A stretch of DNA of 32,000 bases from Propionibacteriaceae bacterium (GTDB lineage: Bacteria; Actinomycetota; Actinomycetes; Propionibacteriales; Propionibacteriaceae): NCBI GenBank assembly GCA_031256725.1, contig JAIRQE010000013.1, positions 60,001 through 92,000 on the forward strand. Direction: 5' to 3'. A program made the translations under genes and the position numbers. The notes under the pieces are model-generated. The model saw only the letters and a program-made list of their open reading frames with translations. It had not been told where the DNA came from and ran no database searches. The number at the start of each line of letters is the position of its first letter. Position 1 is the stretch's first letter. This document shows positions 24,701-32,000 of this stretch, piece by piece.

Positions 24701-26054
24701 TTTGGAGGAAGGAACCACACCCAGATGAGCATGCCTCATTGACGGCAATCGAATCAATGGCACAGTCATGGATGGAAAGGTACTTCATGTCCTGGCCACC
24801 GATGTCAATTACTGAGGTCACACCGGGGGCAATCTTGTCGGCTGCCCGGAAATGGGCAATGGTTTCCACCACGCCATGGTCGATGTGGAGTGCAGCCTTG
24901 ATAAGTCCCTCGCCGTAGCCAGTCACACAAGTCTGGGCAATGATTGCAGCCCCAGGAAGGGCTTGGCGTACCTCGGTAGCAATCGTGATCGCTGCCGCTA
25001 CAGGGTCGCCTTCATTACCTCCGTAATAGGACCAGAGAATGTTATCCTCTTCGTCAATGAGTACGGACTTGATGGTCGTCGAACCAGCATCAATACCGAG
25101 GAAACAGGCCCCACGAGCCTCGCTGAGTTCCCTTCGTGCGATGGTTTCCGACCCATGGCGCGTGAGGAAGGCTTCCCGATCCTCCTTGGTGAAAAATAGT
25201 GGAGCCATACGCCCCGATTCGGGTACCAGATGGCGTCGGTTGGTGAGGCGATCAGAGAGTTCCTCCAAACTCATAACCGTGGTGGAGGCCTTCTCAGCCG
25301 CACCCATAGCCACAAAAAGTTGGGCAGATTCTGGGACTATGCATTCTGTTGCCTGACCCTCCAAGGTACGCTCAAAGGCTTGACGTAATTCAGGGAGGAA
25401 GTGTAGGGGGCCACCCAGGAATATGACTTTTCCCCTCACCGGGCGGCCTTGGGCGAGGCCAGAGATGGTCTGGGTTGCCACGGCTTGGAAGATCGACGCA
25501 GCAAGATCCTCATGTCGAGCACCCTCGTTAATCAGCGGTTGAAGATCCGATTTCGCGAAGACTCCACATCGTGAGGCAATGGGGTAGAGGTGAAGATGGC
25601 CAGCCGCCAAGTCATTGAGTCCTGTGGCATCTGTACGCAACAATGTTGCCATCTGATCGATAAAGGCGCCTGTACCCCCTGCACAGGTACCGTTCATGCG
25701 CTGTTCGGGTACTGGCTTGAAATAGGTGATTTTGGCGTCCTCGCCACCCAACTCGATGGCCACATCTGCCTCAGGATGATGACGTTGAACAGCATGGGTA
25801 CCAGCGATCACCTCTTGGATGAACTCGACCTCCAATGCCTGGGCGATTCCTAATCCACCTGATCCGGTGATCGCTATAGCAGCTTCAATTCCAGGGTAGG
25901 CATCGGCAAGTTCCTGAACCAATTTCACCAATTCCGCTTGAACATCAGCATTGTGACGTCGGTACTCCTGGTGGATGATGGTGTCATTTTGGATCAGAAC
26001 CGCTTTGAGAGTCGTAGACCCCACATCTAGTCCCAAGGCATGGGTTCGGCGCAC
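21762..26054 (-). CDS. fused acyl-CoA-dehydratase-activase-type protein: 2x BcrAD/BadFG (HgdC-like) ATPase modules plus 2x DUF2229/HgdAB-like Fe-S modules
   Basis: 1430 aa. GTG start with a GAAGGAG RBS. Two ASKHA modules (LGLDVGSTTLK, LGIDAGSTTIK), each with cluster-ligand cysteine contexts (NGTCAGG and SRCGVF; NEACSSGC and SRCTVF). The C-terminal halves carry NVCYPAKL, NDACYPAIM, GGMCRATNY and PFACLPNH. Confidence 0.9.
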   Translation of the reverse strand: MRRTHALGLDVGSTTLKAVLIQNDTIIHQEYRRHNADVQAELVKLVQELADAYPGIEAAIAITGSGGLGIAQALEVEFIQEVIAGTHAVQRHHPEADVAIELGGEDAKITYFKPVPEQRMNGTCAGGTGAFIDQMATLLRTDATGLNDLAAGHLHLYPIASRCGVFAKSDLQPLINEGARHEDLAASIFQAVATQTISGLAQGRPVRGKVIFLGGPLHFLPELRQAFERTLEGQATECIVPESAQLFVAMGAAEKASTTVMSLEELSDRLTNRRHLVPESGRMAPLFFTKEDREAFLTRHGSETIARRELSEARGACFLGIDAGSTTIKSVLIDEEDNILWSYYGGNEGDPVAAAITIATEVRQALPGAAIIAQTCVTGYGEGLIKAALHIDHGVVETIAHFRAADKIAPGVTSVIDIGGQDMKYLSIHDCAIDSIAVNEACSSGCGSFLQTFAESLGLTISEFTEAACQSQAPVDLGSRCTVFMNSSVKQAQKEGATVGDIAAGLSYAVIRNALYKVIKLREPGQLGEKIVVQGGTFLNDAVLRAFELLTGREVVRPDIAGLMGAYGAALTAKTEFLPGAPTRMLSVANLKRIHLETETTNCNLCQNTCQCTISTFGNGERHISGNRCERGADPTKAKSPLPNLFDYTYKRLFGYRRLTAKDGVRGDIGIPRALNMYENYPLWFTILTHLKFRVVISGRSSHDLFELGMHSIASENVCYPAKLVHGHVEHLLDLGVKTIFYPSVNYEQQLISESDKNYNCPVVASYPQVIQNNLERIQEPGVRFINPYVNLANPEHLAKRIVEIFADWNVTEEEAQAAVGAGYAEDAQFRADIQQAGREAREYCAQNGVRGIVLAGRPYHIDPEVHHGIPELVTSLGMAVFTESSILGDSQLERPLRVRDQWAYHSRLYEAASVVTQDENLELVQLNSFGCGLDAITSEQVAEVLEAKNRVYTLLKIDEVSSLGAARIRLRSLAAAADQRRTIHRPERSHALVKAPFTKEMKKTHTILAPQMAPIHFRLVIPIIESAGYKVKFLEHASAQDVEMGLRTVNNDACYPAIMVIGQLVEALKSGEVDPDTTSALITQTGGMCRATNYTALLRKALRDAGFPQVPVIAISTSGIESNPGFKITLPLAHKAMRALALGDLLQDLLLRVRPYELVPDSATDLYHRWDQIIREWLMTGKSPTYGRSLSYSGLVHALVDEFDAFELTDEPRRPRVGIVGEILVKFHPDANNHVIEVIESEGCEAALPGLMEFMVTGLYTTEWNWQNLGIGKKWRRAKTLVRGWMESYRTPIRKALTRVNARYSTPKFTVPGSMAELTSRAQEVTSLGNQAGEGWLLTGEIVELIHSGVPNVICVQPFACLPNHVTGKGMFKEIRRQHPGANLVTIDYDPGASEVNQLNRIKLTLTTAHMGHEPQIIEDILDEESVLV

Positions 26055-26230
26055 GCCAACTCCTTCGATTTGCAGAAACTTTATGACCTTACGCTACCGT
26101 AGCTTCCTCAATACGTCACATATTTCGACCCGAGTGGTCCATACCATGAGACTATGTCAAGTCTCAAGCGGTGTGATTAGACTCATAATCTGTGACCATG
26201 AAGAGTGTGGGGAAATACCGAAGATTCAAG

Positions 26231-26303
26231 CTCCCCCACCTGGACTCGAACCAGGAACCTGCGGATTAACAGTCCGACGCTCTGCCAATTGAGCTATGGA
26301 GGA
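26231..26303 (-). tRNA. tRNA-Asn (anticodon GTT)
   Basis: The minus strand reads TCCTCCA-TA-GCTC-AATTGGCA-GAGC-G-TCGGA-CTGTTAA-TCCGC-AGGTT-CCTGG-TTCGAGT-CCAGG-TGGGGGA-G. This gives a 7-bp acceptor stem, a T-loop TTCGAGT and anticodon GTT. It is 73 nt, and CCA is not encoded. Confidence 0.93.
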
Positions 26304-26483
26304 TTGTAGCCATACGAGAGTACCAGATCTCGGGCCTTTCGTCGAACCAAACCATTCTTGAGCGTGAATCCCATCCACAAGAGTATGGTATCCAGAAATG
26401 GTGAAGAGTCCATTATGCTACGATCAAACAGTTGACCTCATGATAGGCCAGCGAAAAATCCGACACGAAATGGCTTGTCTTTC

Positions 26484-27617
26484 ATGGTTTCTGATCCGTT
26501 GAACACTGTGAGTGAGGATGCTGTCCTGTTCACAGCCCAGGATCCCTTGGTTTTCACCAGAGGTGGGCAACTGGATCATGTCGAGGTACGCTACGAAACC
26601 TATGGTCATCTTAATGAATCCAAGACCAACGCCATCTTTATTTGCCACGCTTTGACTGGTGATGCTCATGCTGCTGGTCACCGCCAAGGGGATCGCAAAC
26701 CCGGATGGTGGGATGAAATGATTGGTCCTGGGAAACCTATCGACACTGACAAGTTCTATGTGATCTGCCCCAATCTGCTCGGTGGATGTCAGGGTACAAC
26801 AGGGCCAGCTTCAATCAACCCGACTACAGGGCAATCTTATGGACTCGATTTTCCGATCCTGGATATGCGCGACTTTGTGACCGTACATAGACGCCTTGTG
26901 GCCCATCTAGGGATCACAAAACTCCTTGCAGTGGTGGGGGGGTCCCTAGGTGGAATGCAGGCTCTCCAGTGGGCGCTCACGTCACCGTCCGATATGGGTT
27001 CGACTGTGATCATTGCTGCATCAAGTCGCCTGACTGCCCAAAATATTGCCTTCTCAGCGGTTGGTCGTGAGGCCATCATGAGGGATTCTGGTTTTTCTGG
27101 AGGGCACTATGTGGAGGAGGGTACCTCCCCAGACACGGGGCTTTCACTCGCTCGAATGATGGCACACATTACGTACACATCTGAGGGAGCCCTGTGGAAG
27201 AAGTTTGGACGTGACCCACAAAATACCGACCTGGCTCCAGGATTCGGTGTGGATTTTGCCATTGAAAGCTATCTTCAACATCAGGCAGAGACCTTCCTGG
27301 ATCGTTTCGATGCCTTGAGCTACCTCTATCTGTCACGTGTCTTGGATTACTTCGATCCCTTCGCCGAGGCTGGAGCCTGCAATCTGATCGCTGACCATCC
27401 CATCCCAGCACTCGTATGCTCGTTCACCACGGACTGGCGTTTCTCTCCCCGACAGTCGAAGAGGGTGGTTTCCCGTTTGGAGAGGGTGGGGGTACCTGTG
27501 ACCTATCGTGAAATTGAGGAGGGCGTGGGCCATGACTCCTTCCTCTTGCCCATCTCGGAGTACCTTGATCTTGTTGCCGCTTTCCTGAACCAACGTTTTG
27601 AGGAGGATGCCCGATGA
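26484..27617 (+). CDS. metX: homoserine O-acetyltransferase
   Basis: VRYETYGHLNESKTNAIFICHALTGDAHAAG and the nucleophile elbow VVGGSLGGMQALQW. The start is uncertain: ATG 26484 or TTG 26475, neither with a clear SD. Confidence 0.9.
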   Translation: MVSDPLNTVSEDAVLFTAQDPLVFTRGGQLDHVEVRYETYGHLNESKTNAIFICHALTGDAHAAGHRQGDRKPGWWDEMIGPGKPIDTDKFYVICPNLLGGCQGTTGPASINPTTGQSYGLDFPILDMRDFVTVHRRLVAHLGITKLLAVVGGSLGGMQALQWALTSPSDMGSTVIIAASSRLTAQNIAFSAVGREAIMRDSGFSGGHYVEEGTSPDTGLSLARMMAHITYTSEGALWKKFGRDPQNTDLAPGFGVDFAIESYLQHQAETFLDRFDALSYLYLSRVLDYFDPFAEAGACNLIADHPIPALVCSFTTDWRFSPRQSKRVVSRLERVGVPVTYREIEEGVGHDSFLLPISEYLDLVAAFLNQRFEEDAR

Positions 27618-28222
27618 CTATTCGTGTTGACTTCTCCTTGATTTCTTCCTGGATTGCCCCCAAGTCACGGGTACTGGATCTCGGATGCGGGCAGGGTACT
27701 CTTTTGACAAGGCTTGAATCCAAGAAATCCTGCAGAATTCAAGGTGTCGAGATGGATACTGCCTATCTCTTGGACGCGGTGAAAGCTGGAGTTCCAGTGA
27801 TCCATATGAACATCGACAAGGAACTTGATCTCTTCGAGGATTCGAGCTATGACGTCGTGATTCTCTCGCGTACCCTACAAGCTGTGCATCATCCAGCGAC
27901 AGTACTTCGACATATGCTGAGGATCGCACCCATAGGGGTGGTTTCTATGCCGAACTTCGCATACTGGCGTAACCGAGTGAGGTTAGCCTGGGGGCGTGCA
28001 CCTGTATCGAAGGATCTTCCCTATGCTTGGCACGATAGCCCGAACGTACACTTTGGGTCCACCTTGGATCTGGAGGATCTTTTTGCCGAGATGGATCTAA
28101 GCATCGATAAATGTGTTCCACTGTCTGCCTCGGGAAGGGTTTCCAAGATGCCTTTCGCGACACGCAACTGGTCTTCGGGTGCGGTGCTCTATCAGGTGAG
28201 CAATCACAACCAGGATTCTTGA
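27614..28222 (+). CDS. metW: methionine biosynthesis protein MetW (methyltransferase-fold)
   Basis: 202 aa. ATGA overlap with metX. SAM-MTase-like VLDLGCGQGTLL and the MetW-typical NFAYWRNR / PNVHF segments. Confidence 0.88.
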   Translation: MTIRVDFSLISSWIAPKSRVLDLGCGQGTLLTRLESKKSCRIQGVEMDTAYLLDAVKAGVPVIHMNIDKELDLFEDSSYDVVILSRTLQAVHHPATVLRHMLRIAPIGVVSMPNFAYWRNRVRLAWGRAPVSKDLPYAWHDSPNVHFGSTLDLEDLFAEMDLSIDKCVPLSASGRVSKMPFATRNWSSGAVLYQVSNHNQDS

Positions 28223-28232
28223 GGTACCTTCG

Positions 28233-29810
28233 GTGGCTGAGAACACCTGGAATCCCTGGCTACTTCGTGGAGTCTGCCTAATATCCGGATGCCTGGCAGG
28301 ACTGGGTTTCGCTCCCACCCATCTTTGGTGGCTTGTACCGCTGGCTGTCGCCGGTTTCCTCAGCGTAATTCTTTTATCACCTACACGGTCGGGGCTCAAC
28401 CGAGGGTACCTCTTTGGGCTTGGCTTCAATCTGGTGGCCTTCCGCTGGAGTGGTGCTCTGGGGATTCCAGTACTGGCAGTCTTCGCCGCCTATCTTGCCG
28501 TATGGTATGCCCTCGTCGGCTTAGTGGTGGCTGCTGTGCGCAAGACACCCATCTGGGGATTCGTCGCGGTTTCTTCCTGGATGGCGGCTGAGTGGGCTGC
28601 TGCTCGGTTCCCCTTTGGAGGGTTCGGATGGGGGAGACTGGCCTATACCGCAGGTGGGACACCTATCGATGGATTCTTTCCCCTGATCTCTTCATCAGGG
28701 GTTTCGGCACTCATCGTGACCACGGCCGTACTTCTTACATGGGTGGGTCGTACCTGGGTGGCTTCAGATCGATCCATTCGCCCCATCTGTGTGGCCGTGA
28801 CCTTGGCGTTTATCCTTGTCAGCTTTGGTGGAGGATTGCTTGGAAGGCTGTACGAGCCATCATCTGAGGGTCGTGAACTCACGGTAGCTGTTGTACAGGG
28901 CAATGTACCAGGTTCAGGAATTACTGCACTCGGGCCTCGGTACACAGTGGAAAACAATCATCTAGCTGAGACCATCATTCTTGCTGCGAAGGTTCGTTCA
29001 GGGATAGCCAAGCAACCAGATTTTGTGGTGTGGCCAGAGAATTCCACATCCACAGATCCTTTGACTGATCCCAAGACAACAGGGATCATTGAGGTCTCCT
29101 TGGATGTCATCAATGCGCCCATCCTTGTTGGTGCTGTCACCCGTGGGCCAGGAGAGGATGAGCGCCAGACCACTGGGATTTGGTGGACTTCCGATGAGGG
29201 GCCAGGTGCGACCTATCACAAGAGAAACCTTGTGCCCTTCGGAGAGTGGGTTCCCTACAAGCCGATTCTGACCAAGGTCATCCCCATCTTGGCCTATGTG
29301 GGAGCCCAGTCGGTTCCTGGGACAACTATTGGGGTACTTTATGTGGATCTTGATGGCACCCCCATTCGTATAGGGGATCTCATCTGTTTTGAGCTTGCAT
29401 ATGACTCCACTTTTGATGATGTGATCCGTGGGGATAACAGTACTCAAGGAGCTCAGATTGTGGTTGTGCAAACTTCCAATGCGATGTTTACAGGTACAGA
29501 TCAGATGGCCCAGCAGGATCAAATCACAAGGATTCGTGCCATGGAATCTCGTAGAGAGATTCTCATCGCCACCACCAACTCGTTGGCAGGATTGGTGAAC
29601 ACTCATGGGAGGGTTGTTTATGCGGCTACCCTACGAACTGCTGATTCCCAGGTTTTCACGATCCCCACTCGAACAAAGATCACCCCAGGGGTGGCCTACC
29701 GTACCTGGTTTGATCTGGCTGGCGTGGCAGCACCCCTCCTGCTGGCGGGATTAGTCGTCGTAGGATTAAGAATTCGCCTTCACAATCAAGAAGATGACCT
29801 GAGTACCTAG
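28233..29810 (+). CDS. lnt: apolipoprotein N-acyltransferase
   Basis: 525 aa. Polytopic N-terminal half plus a CN-hydrolase domain with the E-K-C triad contexts VVWPENS, YHKRNLVPFGEWVPY and DLICFELAYD. Confidence 0.85.
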   Translation: MAENTWNPWLLRGVCLISGCLAGLGFAPTHLWWLVPLAVAGFLSVILLSPTRSGLNRGYLFGLGFNLVAFRWSGALGIPVLAVFAAYLAVWYALVGLVVAAVRKTPIWGFVAVSSWMAAEWAAARFPFGGFGWGRLAYTAGGTPIDGFFPLISSSGVSALIVTTAVLLTWVGRTWVASDRSIRPICVAVTLAFILVSFGGGLLGRLYEPSSEGRELTVAVVQGNVPGSGITALGPRYTVENNHLAETIILAAKVRSGIAKQPDFVVWPENSTSTDPLTDPKTTGIIEVSLDVINAPILVGAVTRGPGEDERQTTGIWWTSDEGPGATYHKRNLVPFGEWVPYKPILTKVIPILAYVGAQSVPGTTIGVLYVDLDGTPIRIGDLICFELAYDSTFDDVIRGDNSTQGAQIVVVQTSNAMFTGTDQMAQQDQITRIRAMESRREILIATTNSLAGLVNTHGRVVYAATLRTADSQVFTIPTRTKITPGVAYRTWFDLAGVAAPLLLAGLVVVGLRIRLHNQEDDLST

Positions 29811-29861
29811 AATGCAGCCTCGTCCAATGGAATAATCATAGATCTGACCCTAGGAGACTCA

Positions 29862-30626
29862 ATGTACCCCAGTCTTGGCACAGTACTCGTGATTGTCCCC
29901 ACTTATAACGAGAAAGACAATATCGAGATTATTTCCCAGCGCCTTCGTGAGGCGGTACCTTCGGTGGATTTGTTGATTGTTGATGACAACTCTCCTGATG
30001 GTACCGGCCAGGTTGCCGATGAGTTGGCGAAGTCTGACTCCCAGATCCATGTGATGCACCGTACAGCCAAAAATGGGCTGGGGGCAGCGTACCTGGATGG
30101 CTTTGCCTGGGGACTGGAGCGAGGCTACGACGCCCTCGTGGAGATGGATGCCGATGGTTCCCATCAACCTGAGCAGTTGCCTCGTTTGCTGGATCGACTT
30201 GTGGATGCTGACATGGTGAAGGGGTCGCGCTACATCCCGGGCGGGGAGGTCGTTAATTGGCCCAAATCGCGACAGATGCTCAGCCGGGGTGGAAGCCTGT
30301 GGATTCGCATCCTCATGGGGCTCCCAGTGCGTGACATCACTGGTGGGTTCAATGCCTTCAGAGCAGAAACCCTTAAAGCCATTGTTGGAAATATCACCTC
30401 AACGGGCTACAACTTTCAGGTGGATCTCACATGGAATACCTATTCCCAGGGAATGAGGGTTGCGGAGGTACCCATCACCTTTGTGGAGAGGGAGCGGGGA
30501 GAATCCAAGATGACTGGGTTCATTGTTCTGGAAGCCATTATCAAGACCACCGTGTGGGGTTTCTCTTATCGCGCCAAACAATTCTGGTCATGGGTGAAAG
30601 GGATAGGAGCCCGTTCCACTTCGTAG
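29862..30626 (+). CDS. ppm1: polyprenol monophosphomannose synthase (GT2)
   Basis: 254 aa. VIVPTYNEKDNIE, LLIVDDNSPDGTG and VEMDADGSHQPE. It is adjacent to lnt, as in other Actinomycetota. Confidence 0.85.
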   Translation: MYPSLGTVLVIVPTYNEKDNIEIISQRLREAVPSVDLLIVDDNSPDGTGQVADELAKSDSQIHVMHRTAKNGLGAAYLDGFAWGLERGYDALVEMDADGSHQPEQLPRLLDRLVDADMVKGSRYIPGGEVVNWPKSRQMLSRGGSLWIRILMGLPVRDITGGFNAFRAETLKAIVGNITSTGYNFQVDLTWNTYSQGMRVAEVPITFVERERGESKMTGFIVLEAIIKTTVWGFSYRAKQFWSWVKGIGARSTS

Positions 30627-30896
30627 TTCTTCAAGACGAGAACTCAACATGAAGTTCAATTCCTGGGTGGTACGTCGTTCTGCAATCATCTCCCAGTGAG
30701 TCTTATTCGTAGGACGTGGTATCTCGGGCGTTGGAAGGAACCCCTGTGTAGCGATCCTCCCACAATGGGGGCAATCCCAGGTTTCAGGGATCTCAATATC
30801 GGCAGCAAAAACCCTTGTAAACTCATGTTTCATGTCACAGGTATAGGTACATTCGACGCGATCAACCAAGTCGGGGGCTAGGGCGATAGTACGCAT
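30588..30896 (-). CDS. rbpA: RNA polymerase-binding protein RbpA
   Basis: 102 aa from ATG 30896, with an AAGGAGA RBS. THWEMIAERRTTQELNFMLSSRLEELRSG matches the RbpA basic-linker/sigma-interaction region. Zinc-type ligands CDMKH...CPHC are present. Confidence 0.88.
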   Translation of the reverse strand: MRTIALAPDLVDRVECTYTCDMKHEFTRVFAADIEIPETWDCPHCGRIATQGFLPTPEIPRPTNKTHWEMIAERRTTQELNFMLSSRLEELRSGTGSYPFHP

Positions 30897-30950
30897 CTCA
30901 TTCTCCTTGTCTAGTGTCGTACACACTAAACAACGCATCATGAGTGCAGT

Positions 30951-32000
30951 TTATTCCTTAGTGCTTCTGGGTGGTTTGACTGGAAGAAGAACAAAGAAGC
31001 CAAAAATAAGAATCGCTGCGATAGCTAGCAGACCCCAGTGCTGAGTCGCATTTCCACCTGTAACCGCTTCACCAAGGGCGACAAAGACTGTGAACAGTGC
31101 GGGGGAGATGAAGGAGATGACCCTACCTGTGGTGGTGTAAATCCCAAAGATCTCACCAGAGTGACCATTGGGAATCATTCGAGCAAGGTAACTCCTGGAG
31201 GCCGCTTGAGCCGGCCCACACAACGAAGACAGCAAAAGCCCAAAGATCCAAAAGATGGTCTTTCCGTGGGCAACCACAGTGGCATCATATCCCGCAGCCC
31301 CTTCAGGGATTGCATAAGCTGGTTGGTGGAGGAAGAAAACCACTATTGCTCCAATGGAAAGCACTGCAAGGCAGAAGAGGATCACCTTCTTGGGGCCAAT
31401 CTTGTCATCAAGAAGGCCGAAGAGAATAGTGACAACACCAGCAATGACACTCGCGGCAACACCGAAGTAGATGATTTCTGTCGTAGAGAAACCGAAGGAC
31501 TGCGCAGCAATGACCGCTCCAAAAGCAAAGACTGCAGCCAGACCATCCCTAAACAGAGCCGAGGCAATAAGGAAGTACGCAACCTGGCGGTCATGTTTCC
31601 AGATGCGTCCCATATGACGGAAGAGTGCCTTGTACGAACCCAGGATTCCAAGCTTGGTGGGATCATGCAGGGGAGGACGGTCCTTGAGGGAGACGAAGGC
31701 AGGGATAGTGAACAGTAGGGTCCATAGTCCGCAGACGACCATTGATGCCCTGATCTTGTCTGGAGTTTCGGTTAATCCGAACAGACCAACCTCTGGCTGG
31801 ATGAATAGGAAGAGGATCACCAGGAGAACAAAGATGCCACCCATATATCCCATGCCCCATCCGAAACCAGAGACCTTGCCCACGTTGGATTCAGTGGCCA
31901 CGCGATCAAGAGTGGCGTGGTATAACGAACCGGCGATCTCGGAGATGATCGAACCTACGCCCAAGATGATGAGACCCACAATCAGGAACTGTGGACTGGG
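30951..32000 (-). CDS. MFS transporter, UMF1/Atg22-like family (N-terminus beyond window)
   Basis: The frame stays open to nt 32000 (..PSPQFLIVGLIILG..). The protein is polytopic, with GKVSGFGWGMGYMGG typical of the UMF1/Atg22-like MFS family. The stop is at 30951. Confidence 0.8.
   Translation of the reverse strand, partial: PSPQFLIVGLIILGVGSIISEIAGSLYHATLDRVATESNVGKVSGFGWGMGYMGGIFVLLVILFLFIQPEVGLFGLTETPDKIRASMVVCGLWTLLFTIPAFVSLKDRPPLHDPTKLGILGSYKALFRHMGRIWKHDRQVAYFLIASALFRDGLAAVFAFGAVIAAQSFGFSTTEIIYFGVAASVIAGVVTILFGLLDDKIGPKKVILFCLAVLSIGAIVVFFLHQPAYAIPEGAAGYDATVVAHGKTIFWIFGLLLSSLCGPAQAASRSYLARMIPNGHSGEIFGIYTTTGRVISFISPALFTVFVALGEAVTGGNATQHWGLLAIAAILIFGFFVLLPVKPPRSTKE

Noticed and set aside
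21305-26303. The idea that the segment from tRNA-Asn to the palindrome (giant Fe-S gene plus orphan antitoxin) is a tRNA-integrated island.
   Set aside because: There is no integrase or other mobility gene. I can see no compositional or codon-usage shift by eye. The distal boundary shows only a weak gapped resemblance (about 14 of 23) to the tRNA 3' end (CCCAC..CTG..GAACCA), not a clean att repeat. Comparative synteny would be the decisive test.
26304-26483. A possible SAM riboswitch or start-codon-sequestering hairpin upstream of metX. TCATGATAGGCCAGCG resembles the 5' end of SAM-IV as I remember it, and CATGA/TCATG plus GCCA/TGGC could pair.
   Set aside because: The conserved core (GGCAACC-type junction and further helices) is absent, and there is too little sequence for a SAM-I or SAM-IV fold. 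A plausible promoter (TTGACC 26432-26437, 16-nt spacer, AAAAAT 26454-26459) would put the TSS downstream of the 5' half of the hairpin. A covariance-model scan would settle it.
1-32000. A scan for CRISPR arrays, IS or transposase genes, phage genes, tandem repeats and known defence-system genes.
   Set aside because: I found none. There are no regularly spaced direct repeats, no DDE or serine/tyrosine recombinase-like ORFs, and no nuclease, helicase or NTPase clusters outside the housekeeping genes listed.

Overview
This 32-kb segment reads as core chromosome of a compact, moderate-GC actinobacterium. The taxon is inferred from gene content: RbpA, an Lnt+Ppm1 pair, DUF349 next to rel/hisS, many GTG/TTG starts and ATGA-type junctions. 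No database search or computation was possible, so every call rests on motif recognition by eye.

I count 26 protein-coding genes (two truncated by the window edges) and one tRNA. In order:
- (+) partial CDS, apt, rel
- (-) DUF349 protein
- (+) hisS, aspS
- (+) a ~9.5-kb nucleoside uptake/catabolism operon: BMP lipoprotein, two-NBD ABC ATPase, two permeases, cdd, deoA, deoC, PGM2-like phosphomutase
- (-) a convergent pair, beta-CASP MBL hydrolase and deoD
- (+) PHP (TrpH-like) gene and trpS
- a ~134-147-nt imperfect palindrome
- (+) a toxin-less DUF1778/RHH antitoxin-like gene
- (-) a 1430-aa fused double-activase/double-dehydratase-like Fe-S protein, then tRNA-Asn(GTT)
- (+) metX, metW, lnt, ppm1
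- (-) rbpA and a truncated UMF1/Atg22-like MFS gene

I see no transposase, integrase, phage gene, CRISPR array or recognisable defence gene. Most of the window is ordinary housekeeping.

The only non-routine stretch is 21.3-26.3 kb. It holds the structured palindrome, the orphan antitoxin with a leaderless-type promoter, and the giant stand-alone ATP-dependent Fe-S fusion of unknown substrate.

Secondary points:
- a beta-CASP hydrolase translationally coupled to deoD
- a TrpH-like PHP gene coupled to trpS
- a PGM2-like mutase in the position where DeoB would be expected
- a shared motif upstream of two genes of the nucleoside transporter
- three convergent gene pairs whose ends overlap, leaving no room for a terminator
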